A stretch of DNA of 64,000 nucleotides, taken from the NCBI GenBank assembly GCA_035490055.1, contig DATHIB010000164.1:29380-93379 (forward strand), given 5' to 3'. Made by a program: the position numbers and the translations under genes. The notes under the pieces are model-generated. The model was not told where the DNA came from and did no database searches. It saw only the letters and a list, made by a program, of their open reading frames with translations. Source of the DNA: Candidatus Limnocylindria bacterium. Its GTDB lineage: Bacteria; Acidobacteriota; Terriglobia; Acidiferrales; UBA7541. Of this stretch, positions 56,901-64,000 are shown piece by piece (the stretch's first letter is position 1; each line of letters opens with the position of its first letter).

Positions 56901-59135
56901 ATCGAAGATTTTGTTCCCGCGGAACCCAACACCAAGTTGATCGGCGAAGACCAGATCCAAACTACTGCCGGAAACGCCTCAGCGAACGCAACGATCGGCG
57001 CCTCCGACAATTGGGGGGCGGTTTTCGCGGCGTTCAAATCGGCCAATGGCATTCCGGCTCAACCCATCAGCGTTAGCATCTTACCCGTCAGCGCCAGTGT
57101 TCCAGCGACCTTTGGGACGCAGGTATTCACGGCGCAGCTGACCAACGATGTCCAAAACAAGGGCGTGACGTGGTCGATCTCCGGCACCGGTTGCAGTGGA
57201 AGCACGTGCGGCACGCTGACAAACGCAACCTCGACGTCCGTGACTTACAACGGGCCCTCAGCTATACCGAACCCAGCCACCGTCACACTTAAGGGCACTT
57301 CTCTCTCGGACAACACCAAATCGAGCACCGCGACGATCACTGTCGTCCAAGGCCTGCTCACCGTTTTCGTCAGTCCGAAGCGCGGCTCGATTACCACTTC
57401 TCAGGCGCAGCAATTTATGCCCACTGTCTTCAACGACCCGAATAACGCTGGCGTAACCTGGCAAGTAGATGGCAGCACAGGCGGCAATAGCACCACCGGC
57501 TCCATTAGCACATCGGGTCTCTTCACGCCGGGGACACAGCCAGGAGTGCATACCATTACGGCGGTGAGCGTCACAAACGCTTCGGTGACTGCTTCGGTGA
57601 CCTTTGCCGTCAGCGACATCGCGGGTGTTTTCATGCACCACAACGACGTCGCTCGCACCGGTCAAAACTTGAAAGAGTATGCATTGACGACCTCCAACGT
57701 CAATTCGTCTACGTTCAAGCAGCTCTTCTCTTGCCCGGTGGACGGTCAGATCTACGCCCAACCGCTCTACATGGCCAACCTGTTGGTCGGCTCCACCACG
57801 CGCAACGTCGTGTTTGTCGCCACGGAGCACGATAGCGTCTACGCCTTCGACGCTGATTCCCCCTCTTGCGTACAGCTCTGGAAGACCAGCTTTCTAGCGA
57901 CCGGGGTCACCACTATGTCTTGGCTCGATACTAGTCCTACTTACCCCACCAACGACGTATTCCCCGAGATCGGCATCACATCAACGCCGGTCATTGACAC
58001 GGCGACGAACACTATCTATATCGAGGCCAAGACGAAGGAATCGGTGGGCACAGGTTGTTCCACGAGCTCTCCTTGCTACGTTCACCGCTTGCATGCCCTG
58101 AACATCACCACGGGCGCAGAAAGATTTGGGGGCCCCGTTGTAATCTCGGATCCAAACTTTGTCTCGTTGCGCCATTTCAACAGGCCTGGTCTGCTATTGG
58201 CCAATGGCACCGTTTACATCGGCTTCGGATCACACGGCGATATATCAAACTGGCAGGGTTGGGTGTTTGGCTATGACCCAGCCACCCTGGCGCAGAAGTT
58301 CGTGTTCTCAACCTCGGATCCCAGGAGTGGGAGCAACGGCGCGTCCGTTTGGGATGCCGGCGCAGGTCCCGCTGCCGATGCGAGCGGTAACATCTACGTC
58401 ACGACCGGCAACGGCTCCTATGATGGTACGAAGAATTTCTCCGAGTCGGTATTGAAGCTTAGCCCCTCGGGAGCGTTGCTCGATTGGTTCACTCCGTTTA
58501 ACCGCAGCGTTCTCGACGCCAATGACGTTGACATGGGCTCCGCAGGCATCGTGGTTCTGCCCGACTCTGTCGGTTCCGCAACCCACCAACATTTGGTCCT
58601 CGCTACTGGCAAGATTGCCATTCTTTACCTGCTGGATCAGATCAGCTTGGGCAAGTTCAATTCCGGGAGCAACCAGGACGTGCAGGAAGTAATTCCTGTT
58701 CCTCCTCCCAACACCACGCAACTGGATGGCGGTATCTACGGCCTGCCAGCCTATTGGAACGGAAACATATACGTGACGGGACAGAACTTCCCATTGAGCC
58801 AATTCACGATCGCGAATGGCGCCATGTCCACAACGCAATCTGCCGTTTCGAGCAACACGTTCCCGCCGCGAGGCGCGATACCTGCCGTCTCCGCTAATGG
58901 GAATACCAATGGCATCGTTTGGATCCTGGATCTGAGCGCCTGGCCGTCAAACGGCGCGGCCGTCCTGTACGCTTACGATGCAACCAATGTCGCCAACTTG
59001 CTCTACAGCAGTCCTGCAAGCGGGACTGGCGCTGCCGGGGCCGCCGTAAAATTCACCGTGCCGACTGTCGCCAACGGCAAGGTTTACGTTGGCGGACAGA
59101 CTTCGTTCACTGTTTTCGGTCTGCTGCCGAACTAA
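50910..59135 (+). CDS. Giant secreted surface protein: 4 uncharacterised ~200-aa beta domains, 14 IPT/TIG repeats, 2 Ig-like domains, C-terminal PQQ-like beta-propeller
   Basis: GGAGGA RBS before ATG 50910, signal peptide ending GQALA, repeats PSITSLNP..G..GTSVTI.G.NFG, C-terminal HNDVARTGQN...PTVANGKVYVG. No PEP-CTERM or LPxTG tail. Confidence 0.9.
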   Translation: MLICSRRHNGSTLQVRLARSLALLVLLLAAASGQALAASVAFVQSNSATPQSPQATVTVTYAAAQTLGNLNVVVVGWNDSISTLSSVTDSLGNAYVLAAGPLVQTGTASQAIYYAKNISAAAASANSVTVTFSVAAAFPDIRIAEYGGLDTVNPLDVSAGAQGTTTSTSSSGSVTTSSANDLLVGANLVQSTTTGAGAGYTSRGITGDGDILEDRIVTVTGSYNATAALDKVQSWIMQMVAFRAAGGSTPAPSITNLSPTTGPVGTSVTIAGVNFGASQGSSTVTFNGTAATPTAWGATSITAPVPTGATTGNVVVTVSAQPSNGVNFTVGAGSPIVFIQANSASPQATQTPVTVTYTGAQTAGNLNVVIVSWNDSTATISSVTDSIGNTYAVAAAPVVQSATASQAIYYGKNIAAAAAGANTVTVTFNVAARHPDIRIAEYSGVDPLNPLDASVGAQGNTATSDSGPVSTTNANDILIGANVVQATSTGPGTGYSSRGITVDGDILEDQVVSVTGSYSATATLDKVQLWIMQMAAFRAATSGGSPAPNIASLNPTTGPAGTSVTITGSNFGTSQGTSIVNFNGTTATPTNWSANSIVVAVPAGATSGNLVVTAGGVASNGVTFTVISTPSISSLNPSSGPVGASVTITGANFGASQGTSTVTFNGTPASPTSWTATSITVPVPTGATTGNVIVTVGGLPSNGLSFIVMPIPTITSLNPASGAIGASVTIAGANFGASQGTSAVTFSGIASTPTSWSATSIAAPVPNGATTGNVLVTVNGLASNGVSFSVTSTAPSITSLNPTSGPIGTSVTIAGVNFGASQGTSTITFNGTTATPTSWSATSIAVPVPTGATTGNIVVTVGGQVSNGLNFTVTIPAPSITSLNPASGVVGTSVTIAGTNFGASQGTGTITFNGTAGTPAAWSATGITVPVPTGATTGNIVVTAGGVASNGINFTVTTPPSITSLTPASGPVGTSVTVAGANFGPTQGTSTVTFNGISATPTSWGASGIVVPVPAAATTGNVVVAVGGQASNGSNFTVTTSTAGIAVVQHRSKDAGVTASSTLAFNSTNSVGNWIAVVIRAGKTGQVLTVSDTRGNTYRKAIQFNVTTDTPNGDTLGIFYAENIAGGANTVTVAESINGNTLRFAILEYSGVALANSLDVVSTAQGTSATANGGSVLTTANGDLLLGAVLTGNPATFTAATGYAIEERVPASPNTKLAAEDQIQATAGTVSAGVTLGSSDSWGAGLAAFKAVSGGGTTGPSITSLNPTSGVVGTSITIMGANFGASQSTSTVAFNGTAATPTSWSATSIAVPVPTGATTGNVLVTVGGVASNGVTFNVTVPPPSITSLNPTSGLVGASVTITGTNFGASQGTSTVKFNGTSASPTSWSATSIAVLVPTSATTGNVVVTVGGASSNAVNFTVLVPPSVTSLTPNSGMVGTSVTVAGANFGTAQGTSALTFNGTAATPTSWSATSIAVSVPTGATTGNVVVTVGSLASNGVNFTVVVPPSITSLTPNSGTAGTSVTLAGANFGATQGTSTVTFNGIAATPTSWSATTIAALVPNGATTGNVIVTVNGVASNGVSFTVTSPGPSLTSLGLTQGPVGATVTITGTNFGATQGTSTVTFNGAAGTPSNWTATGIDVPVPTGATTGNVVVTVGGVASNGLPFTVTPPPNISSISPLSGPIGAVVAINGTNFGPTVGTRVSGVTFNGVAARTNSWNDTQILVPVPAGATTGNVIVSISGVASNGVLFTVTAAPAITTVGPTGGPVGTSVTISGTSFGSSQGTSTITFNGTTATPTSWSDTSIVAPVPTGAATGNVVVSVGGVASNGVAFIVTAGSGTIKLVQHTGKDAGTTNSSSLAFTSNNTAGNFIAVVIRAGKSGQVLNVSDSHGNTYKQAVLLNMTLDGETNAVYYAENIAGGANTVTVSDNISAATLRFSIMEYSGVALTNSLDNASAAEGTGTAPSTANAPTSWGGDLLLGEIVTANPAAYTAGAGYKIEDFVPAEPNTKLIGEDQIQTTAGNASANATIGASDNWGAVFAAFKSANGIPAQPISVSILPVSASVPATFGTQVFTAQLTNDVQNKGVTWSISGTGCSGSTCGTLTNATSTSVTYNGPSAIPNPATVTLKGTSLSDNTKSSTATITVVQGLLTVFVSPKRGSITTSQAQQFMPTVFNDPNNAGVTWQVDGSTGGNSTTGSISTSGLFTPGTQPGVHTITAVSVTNASVTASVTFAVSDIAGVFMHHNDVARTGQNLKEYALTTSNVNSSTFKQLFSCPVDGQIYAQPLYMANLLVGSTTRNVVFVATEHDSVYAFDADSPSCVQLWKTSFLATGVTTMSWLDTSPTYPTNDVFPEIGITSTPVIDTATNTIYIEAKTKESVGTGCSTSSPCYVHRLHALNITTGAERFGGPVVISDPNFVSLRHFNRPGLLLANGTVYIGFGSHGDISNWQGWVFGYDPATLAQKFVFSTSDPRSGSNGASVWDAGAGPAADASGNIYVTTGNGSYDGTKNFSESVLKLSPSGALLDWFTPFNRSVLDANDVDMGSAGIVVLPDSVGSATHQHLVLATGKIAILYLLDQISLGKFNSGSNQDVQEVIPVPPPNTTQLDGGIYGLPAYWNGNIYVTGQNFPLSQFTIANGAMSTTQSAVSSNTFPPRGAIPAVSANGNTNGIVWILDLSAWPSNGAAVLYAYDATNVANLLYSSPASGTGAAGAAVKFTVPTVANGKVYVGGQTSFTVFGLLPN
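51657..56414 (+). repeat. 14 diverged IPT/TIG repeats (~245 bp) in blocks of 1, 6 and 7
   Basis: Counted by hand from the translation; blocks at ~51657-51902, ~52545-54026 and ~54678-56414. Confidence 0.85.
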
Positions 59136-59140
59136 CTAGA

Positions 59141-59174
59141 TCGAAAGCGCAGTCCGCAAGGATTGCGGTTTCGG
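59141..59174 (+). terminator. GNRA-capped hairpin after the giant IPT gene (terminator or processing stem)
   Basis: TCGAAA-G-CGCAGTCC-GCAA-GGATTGCG-G-TTTCGG; only a short U-tract. Confidence 0.45.
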
Positions 59175-59302
59175 AACTGCTCGCAAGTGCTGATGTGCGG
59201 CTACCTTTCAGCCGAGGTTTCTTCCGCTTGCCCAGAGATTGGTGCCTGCGAACGGCTTAAACGGCTTTTATGATCGAACGCTACAGGCCGAAAGGATTTC
59301 CC

Positions 59303-62300
59303 ATGACCCCAGCGAGCAGACGCCGACTCGTTGCACTAGCACTCTTAACGTGCTCGCTATCCTCAATTCTCCTGGCTCCGCAGGCCGCTGGGCAGGCGAG
59401 CGTCCAGGGTCAATGGCAGACCTTGGTGACTCTGGCGCCGATTAATCCCGTTCACCTAGCGCTGATGCACAACGGGAAGATCCTATTCGCTACAGGGTCA
59501 GGAAACGACAAGACCGTTACGTTCTTTCAGGGGGGGGTCTTCGACCCGGTCACGGACACAACGACGACCCAGCCACTGACATGGGATCTGTTTTGCAACG
59601 GAATGGTGGTCTTGCCTGACGGTCGGCCATTCATCATGGGTGGCACGATCAATTACAACCCTTTCCAAGGCTCGAATCGCACCACTGCCTTTGATCCCGC
59701 CAGCGGAAACTTTGTTGATCTCCAATCGATGGCCCACGGTCGATGGTACCCAACGAGCACGGTGCTTCCGGACGGTCGCGTCATGGTGTTCTCTGGTTTG
59801 ACGGAAACCGGGGGTACGAATGTCGCAGTCGAGATCTACAAGGTCGGCGCCGGATGGAGCCAGCAGTACATGGCGCCGTTCACACCTCCTCTCTATCCCC
59901 GAATGCACGTGCTTCCGAATGGCAAAGTGTTTTTCTCGGGCTCGACCGCCCAGTCGTGGACCTTCGATCCCTCCAACCAAAGCTGGACCGCCGGCCCCAC
60001 CACGAACTATGGCAACACCCGAACCTACGGGTCTTCCGTTCTTCTTCCATTGACGCCCGCAAACGGCTACAACCCGAAAGTTCTGATCTTAGGAGGGGCT
60101 AGCCCTTCAACCGCAACAACGGAGCTGATCGATCTTTCCGCGGCCAGCCCAAAGTGGGTGAACGGCCCCAGCATGGTTCAGCCTCGCATCGAGATGAACG
60201 CGACCATCTTGCCAAATGGAAAGATTCTGACCTCGGGCGGCTCCCAGATTGATGAAGATGGCACAACTGCCAGTCTCAAGGCGGAGTTGTACGACCCAAC
60301 TGCCGGCGCTACCGGCGCATTCACTTCGGCCGGCTCAAATACCTACCCCCGTCTCTATCATTCCAACACCATCTTATTGCCTGATGCGACCGTGCTCATG
60401 GCAGGCAGCAATCCACGTCAGGGAGCCTACGACCCGCACATGGAAATTTACTCGCCTCCCTATCTGTTCAATTCGAACGGAACGCTGGCGACCCGGCCGA
60501 CAATTGCGAGCGTGACTCCTGGTGTGATTGGCTACAACGGCGCCTTCCAAGTGCAAACCCCCGATGCTGCAAATATCACCTCCGCTGTTTTGATCCGCGC
60601 CGGAGCCGTTACTCATTCCTTCGACATGGATCAACGGCTTGTCGGGTTGGTATTCACCGCGGGAAGTGGCGTGCTCAATCTCACATCGCCGCCGAATTCC
60701 AATATCGCGCCTCCAGGCTATTACCTGCTTTTCATTCTCAATTCTTCCGGCGTGCCTTCGGGCGCTCAATTCGTCCAGCTCTCCTTAACCCCCACGGACC
60801 TGTCGCCGACGGGGACGATTGTTACTCCCACTTCGAACGTGGCGATTGGCCCTGGACAGTCGGTTTCTTTCTCTGGAACAGGAAGCGACCCCGATGGCAC
60901 AGTTGCTGCATATAACTGGGTGTTTCCGAGCGGAAGTCCGAGCTCGAGTTCGTCGCAAAATCCCGGCTCGGTTAGCTTTGCGAATCCCGGTACCTACATC
61001 GCATCCCTTACGGTGACGGACAATGTTGGTCTGACGGATCCAAGTCCTGCGACACGCACAATCACCGTTACGCCGGATTTCTCTCTGACTTTTTCGCCGG
61101 CGACGCAAACTGTGGTCGCTGGCAACGGCACGAGCTACACCATCAACGTTGTTCCCGGTCCCAATTTCACCGGTTCCGTCAGTTTCTCGGCTTCGGGCCT
61201 TCCTTCCGGTGCCTCTGCCACTTTCAACCCTGCGACCGTCACTACCTCCGGTTCGACGACGATGACGGTATCGACGTCCGCGGGCACGCCGATCGGCAAT
61301 TCCAACCTGACTGTGACGGGAACGAGCGGTGCGTCAAGTCATTCGGTAACCCCCGTGCTTTCGGTGATCGTTTCGGCGGACACCATTCCGCCGACCGCGC
61401 CAACGAACCTGACGGCGACCGCATCATCCAATCTGCAGATCAACCTGTCCTGGACGGCAGCGACCGACAACGTCGGAGTGACCGGAAACAAAGTGGAACG
61501 CTGCCAGGGGGCGGGTTGTACCAATTTCGGGCAGATCACGACGCTGGGAGCAGTCACAAGCTACACCGACACGAGCTTGCAGCCCTCGACGTCCTACAGC
61601 TACCGCATCAGGGCCAATGACGCCGCCGGAAACATCGGTGCGTATTCGAATGTCGCCAGCGCAACGACGCCCGCGGCTCCCCCTCCGCCGATCAAGTTTG
61701 TGCAGCAAGTGGCATTGACGACGGGCTCCGGCGTCAGCACCGCCTCGCAAACTTTTACTATCCCGAGCGTCAGCGGTGACCTCATCGTTGTTGGCGTCAA
61801 GTGGGGCAACCAGGCCATATCCGTTGCCTCTATCGGGGACGACAAGGGCAACAACTACACCAACGCCGTCGGCCCCACCAACTGGAGTGGCACGGCGAAA
61901 CGCGCCCAGATCTTCTACGCCAAGAACATCATCGGCGGCGGTGCCCCGATCACCATCACGGTGACATTGACCGGAATCGCCACCAGTTCTTTCTACATTT
62001 ATCAGCTTGAATATTCGAACGCGGATATCAACGCGCCTCTCGATGTGGTCTCCGCCGCGATCGGCACGTCCACTTTCGTCAGTAGCGGATCCGCCACGAC
62101 CAATTTCCCGAACGAATTGATATTTGGCTTTTCCATTGCGGATTCTGTGGGGATAAACCCGGGACCGGGATTCACCGCCGAGTCCACGTTCCGCGGAAAC
62201 CTGGTCGAAGACATGACCGTCAGCACCACCGGATCTTACGCGGCACTCGGCACGGAGACCGGCGTCTCCAACTGGTTCATGCTGATGGCTGCGTTCAAGG

Positions 62301-64000
62301 CCGCCAACGCCGACACGACTCCACCGACCACGCCTTCCGGCTTGACAGCGCTCGCAACCGGCCCAACCCAGGTCAATCTCTCCTGGACCGCCTCGACCGA
62401 CAACGTTGGAGTCTCGGGCTACGTTGTGCAGCGTTGTTCGGGCTCGGGCTGCACGAATTTCGCTCAAGTAGCTTCTTTGCCGGGCAACACAACCGCGTAC
62501 GACGACACCAGCCTGGCGCCTTCCACAACCTACACCTATCAAATCGTTTCCACGGACGCAGCGGTCAATCTCAGTCTGCCTTCGAATCCAGCGAGCGCCA
62601 CGACGCAGGCAGACACCACTCCGCCGACCGCGCCAACCAACCTCGCCGCCACGGTCGCCGGCAACACTCAAATTAATTTGTCTTGGACGGCCTCGACGGA
62701 CAACGTTGGCGTCACCAACTACCTGATTCAGCGCTGCGCAACGCCCGGATGCTCAAATTTCGCTCAGATTGGAACCACCGGTGGTCCGGGAACAACCTAC
62801 AACGATGCGGCTGCTTCGGCCTCCACCAGCTACACCTATCAAGTGATCGCCACGGATGCGGCTGGTAATCCCGGCTTGCCCTCGAATACTGCCACGGCCG
62901 TCACCATGGGACCGCCAGCCACGCCTTCTGCTTTGACAGCTACTGCGGCCTCGGCTACGCAAATCAACCTCTCGTGGACCAACGACGCCATCAATCAATC
63001 TGGTTTTAAGGTGGAACGTTCGCCGGACAACGTTACATTTACCCAGATCGGCACAACCAGCGCCACCGCCTACTCGGATCCAAATTTGGCGCCGAAGATC
63101 CTCTACTATTACCGCGTTCGGGCCACGAACGCCTCCGGAGACTCCGGCTACTCCAATGTTTCCAGCGCCACAACGCTGCCAGACACGACCCCACCAACCG
63201 CGCCATCCAATCTGACGGCGACTGCCGCCAGCAGCACGCAAATTAATCTTTCCTGGACAGCCTCGACGGACAATGTCGGCGTGACCGGATACCAGATCCA
63301 ACGCTGCCAGGGTGTGAGCTGCACCACCTTGTCGCAAATCGCAGCACCCACGGGAACCGGCACAACTTATGTCGACACCGGCCTTTCACCTTCGACGAGT
63401 TATAGCTATGAAATCATTGCCGCGGACGCCGCGGGGAATCAGAGCCTGCCATCCAACCTTGGAACGGCAACGACGCTTGCCGGTCCGCCTGCCATACCTT
63501 CCAATTTGACCGCGACCGCTGCCGGTGCGACGCAGATCAATCTTTTGTGGACTAACAACGCCACCAATCAAACCGGGTTCAAGGTTGAACGCTCGCCGGA
63601 CAATGTGACCTTCACGCAAATTGCCACGACCGGCGCAACGATTACAACGTATTCCGACAGTCCTCTCGCACCCGTGACCCTTTACTACTATCGTGTGCGG
63701 GCCACCAACGGCTCAGGTGACTCGACCTATTCAAACCTGGCCAGCTCCACCACGCTTGCGGATACAACGCCGCCAACGGCCCCAACAAACTTGACGGCGA
63801 CGGCCACGAGCAGTTCGCAGAACGATCTTTCCTGGACCGCCTCGACGGACAACGTCGGCGTCACCGGTTATAAGATTCAGCGCTGTCAGGGGACGGGATG
63901 CACCACCTTTGCGCAGATTGCCACGCCGCCGGGAACAGGCACAACCTTCAGTGACACTGGTCTCTCTCCATCCACCAGCTACAGCTACGAGATCATCGCT
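59303..64000 (+). CDS. 3'-truncated giant secreted copper-radical oxidase (galactose/glyoxal oxidase, AA5-like) with DUF1929, PKD, Ig-like, one ~200-aa beta domain and >=7 FN3 repeats
   Basis: Hand-translated, open from ATG 59303 (AAAGGA RBS) to the window end (1566 codons). Signal peptide. Kelch repeats with DLFC (Cys 59594), RWYP (Tyr 59747), RLYHS (60356-60361) and VTHS (His 60614). Confidence 0.92.
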   Translation, partial: MTPASRRRLVALALLTCSLSSILLAPQAAGQASVQGQWQTLVTLAPINPVHLALMHNGKILFATGSGNDKTVTFFQGGVFDPVTDTTTTQPLTWDLFCNGMVVLPDGRPFIMGGTINYNPFQGSNRTTAFDPASGNFVDLQSMAHGRWYPTSTVLPDGRVMVFSGLTETGGTNVAVEIYKVGAGWSQQYMAPFTPPLYPRMHVLPNGKVFFSGSTAQSWTFDPSNQSWTAGPTTNYGNTRTYGSSVLLPLTPANGYNPKVLILGGASPSTATTELIDLSAASPKWVNGPSMVQPRIEMNATILPNGKILTSGGSQIDEDGTTASLKAELYDPTAGATGAFTSAGSNTYPRLYHSNTILLPDATVLMAGSNPRQGAYDPHMEIYSPPYLFNSNGTLATRPTIASVTPGVIGYNGAFQVQTPDAANITSAVLIRAGAVTHSFDMDQRLVGLVFTAGSGVLNLTSPPNSNIAPPGYYLLFILNSSGVPSGAQFVQLSLTPTDLSPTGTIVTPTSNVAIGPGQSVSFSGTGSDPDGTVAAYNWVFPSGSPSSSSSQNPGSVSFANPGTYIASLTVTDNVGLTDPSPATRTITVTPDFSLTFSPATQTVVAGNGTSYTINVVPGPNFTGSVSFSASGLPSGASATFNPATVTTSGSTTMTVSTSAGTPIGNSNLTVTGTSGASSHSVTPVLSVIVSADTIPPTAPTNLTATASSNLQINLSWTAATDNVGVTGNKVERCQGAGCTNFGQITTLGAVTSYTDTSLQPSTSYSYRIRANDAAGNIGAYSNVASATTPAAPPPPIKFVQQVALTTGSGVSTASQTFTIPSVSGDLIVVGVKWGNQAISVASIGDDKGNNYTNAVGPTNWSGTAKRAQIFYAKNIIGGGAPITITVTLTGIATSSFYIYQLEYSNADINAPLDVVSAAIGTSTFVSSGSATTNFPNELIFGFSIADSVGINPGPGFTAESTFRGNLVEDMTVSTTGSYAALGTETGVSNWFMLMAAFKAANADTTPPTTPSGLTALATGPTQVNLSWTASTDNVGVSGYVVQRCSGSGCTNFAQVASLPGNTTAYDDTSLAPSTTYTYQIVSTDAAVNLSLPSNPASATTQADTTPPTAPTNLAATVAGNTQINLSWTASTDNVGVTNYLIQRCATPGCSNFAQIGTTGGPGTTYNDAAASASTSYTYQVIATDAAGNPGLPSNTATAVTMGPPATPSALTATAASATQINLSWTNDAINQSGFKVERSPDNVTFTQIGTTSATAYSDPNLAPKILYYYRVRATNASGDSGYSNVSSATTLPDTTPPTAPSNLTATAASSTQINLSWTASTDNVGVTGYQIQRCQGVSCTTLSQIAAPTGTGTTYVDTGLSPSTSYSYEIIAADAAGNQSLPSNLGTATTLAGPPAIPSNLTATAAGATQINLLWTNNATNQTGFKVERSPDNVTFTQIATTGATITTYSDSPLAPVTLYYYRVRATNGSGDSTYSNLASSTTLADTTPPTAPTNLTATATSSSQNDLSWTASTDNVGVTGYKIQRCQGTGCTTFAQIATPPGTGTTFSDTGLSPSTSYSYEIIA
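61380..64000 (+). repeat. Seven fibronectin type III repeats of two subtypes
   Basis: Type A: DTTPPTAP.NL...WTASTDNVGV...RCxGxGC. Type B: PP..PS.L...WTN...GFKVERSPDNVTF. Order A,(insert),A,A,B,A,B,A. Confidence 0.88.

Noticed and set aside
61424-62671. 415-aa minus-strand ORF and other short ORFs in 59498-63619
   Set aside because: Antisense or off-frame shadows of the real plus-strand oxidase/FN3 gene that the ORF track omitted.

Overview
GC-rich bacterial window, probably Acidobacteria (inferred from gene content, not verified). It is almost entirely one large surface-glycan locus of the PEP-CTERM/exosortase-A-associated type. (1) A leftward tailoring operon (960-9772): GNAT, ACP, GNAT, adenylate-forming ligase, BtrK/LysA-type PLP decarboxylase, GT4, AsnB. 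(2) A rightward assembly/export operon (10410-31995): priming transferase, Wza, outer-membrane barrel, split Wzc, ExeA-like ATPase, HTH protein, FemAB-like protein, GTs, two more AsnB paralogues (one glutaminase-dead), deacetylase, O-glycan ligase/polymerase, 7-blade propeller, and a doubly broken YdcF pseudogene. (3) A divergent GT4/deacetylase pair. (4) A CDP-sugar C-methylation cassette with DUF4910, an Fe/2OG oxygenase and a PIG-L deacetylase, followed by Wzm/Wzt, four GTs and a tandem Cys-rich hypothetical protein. (5) Two giant secreted proteins: a ~2740-aa IPT-repeat/PQQ-like propeller protein, and a >=1566-aa copper-radical (galactose/glyoxal-oxidase-type) oxidase with PKD and FN3 repeats that is missing from the ORF track because it runs off the window. 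Reading the intergenic DNA shows eight correctly oriented sigma54-type -24/-12 boxes ahead of the transcription units. Two of them overlap face-to-face on one shared GC. There are also IHF-like sites and a recurring GGGAAA-N4-TTTCCC palindrome, a candidate enhancer. I saw no rRNA, tRNA, CRISPR array, transposase, exosortase, PEP-CTERM tail or wzx flippase. All family names come from motif recognition by eye; no HMM or BLAST search was run.
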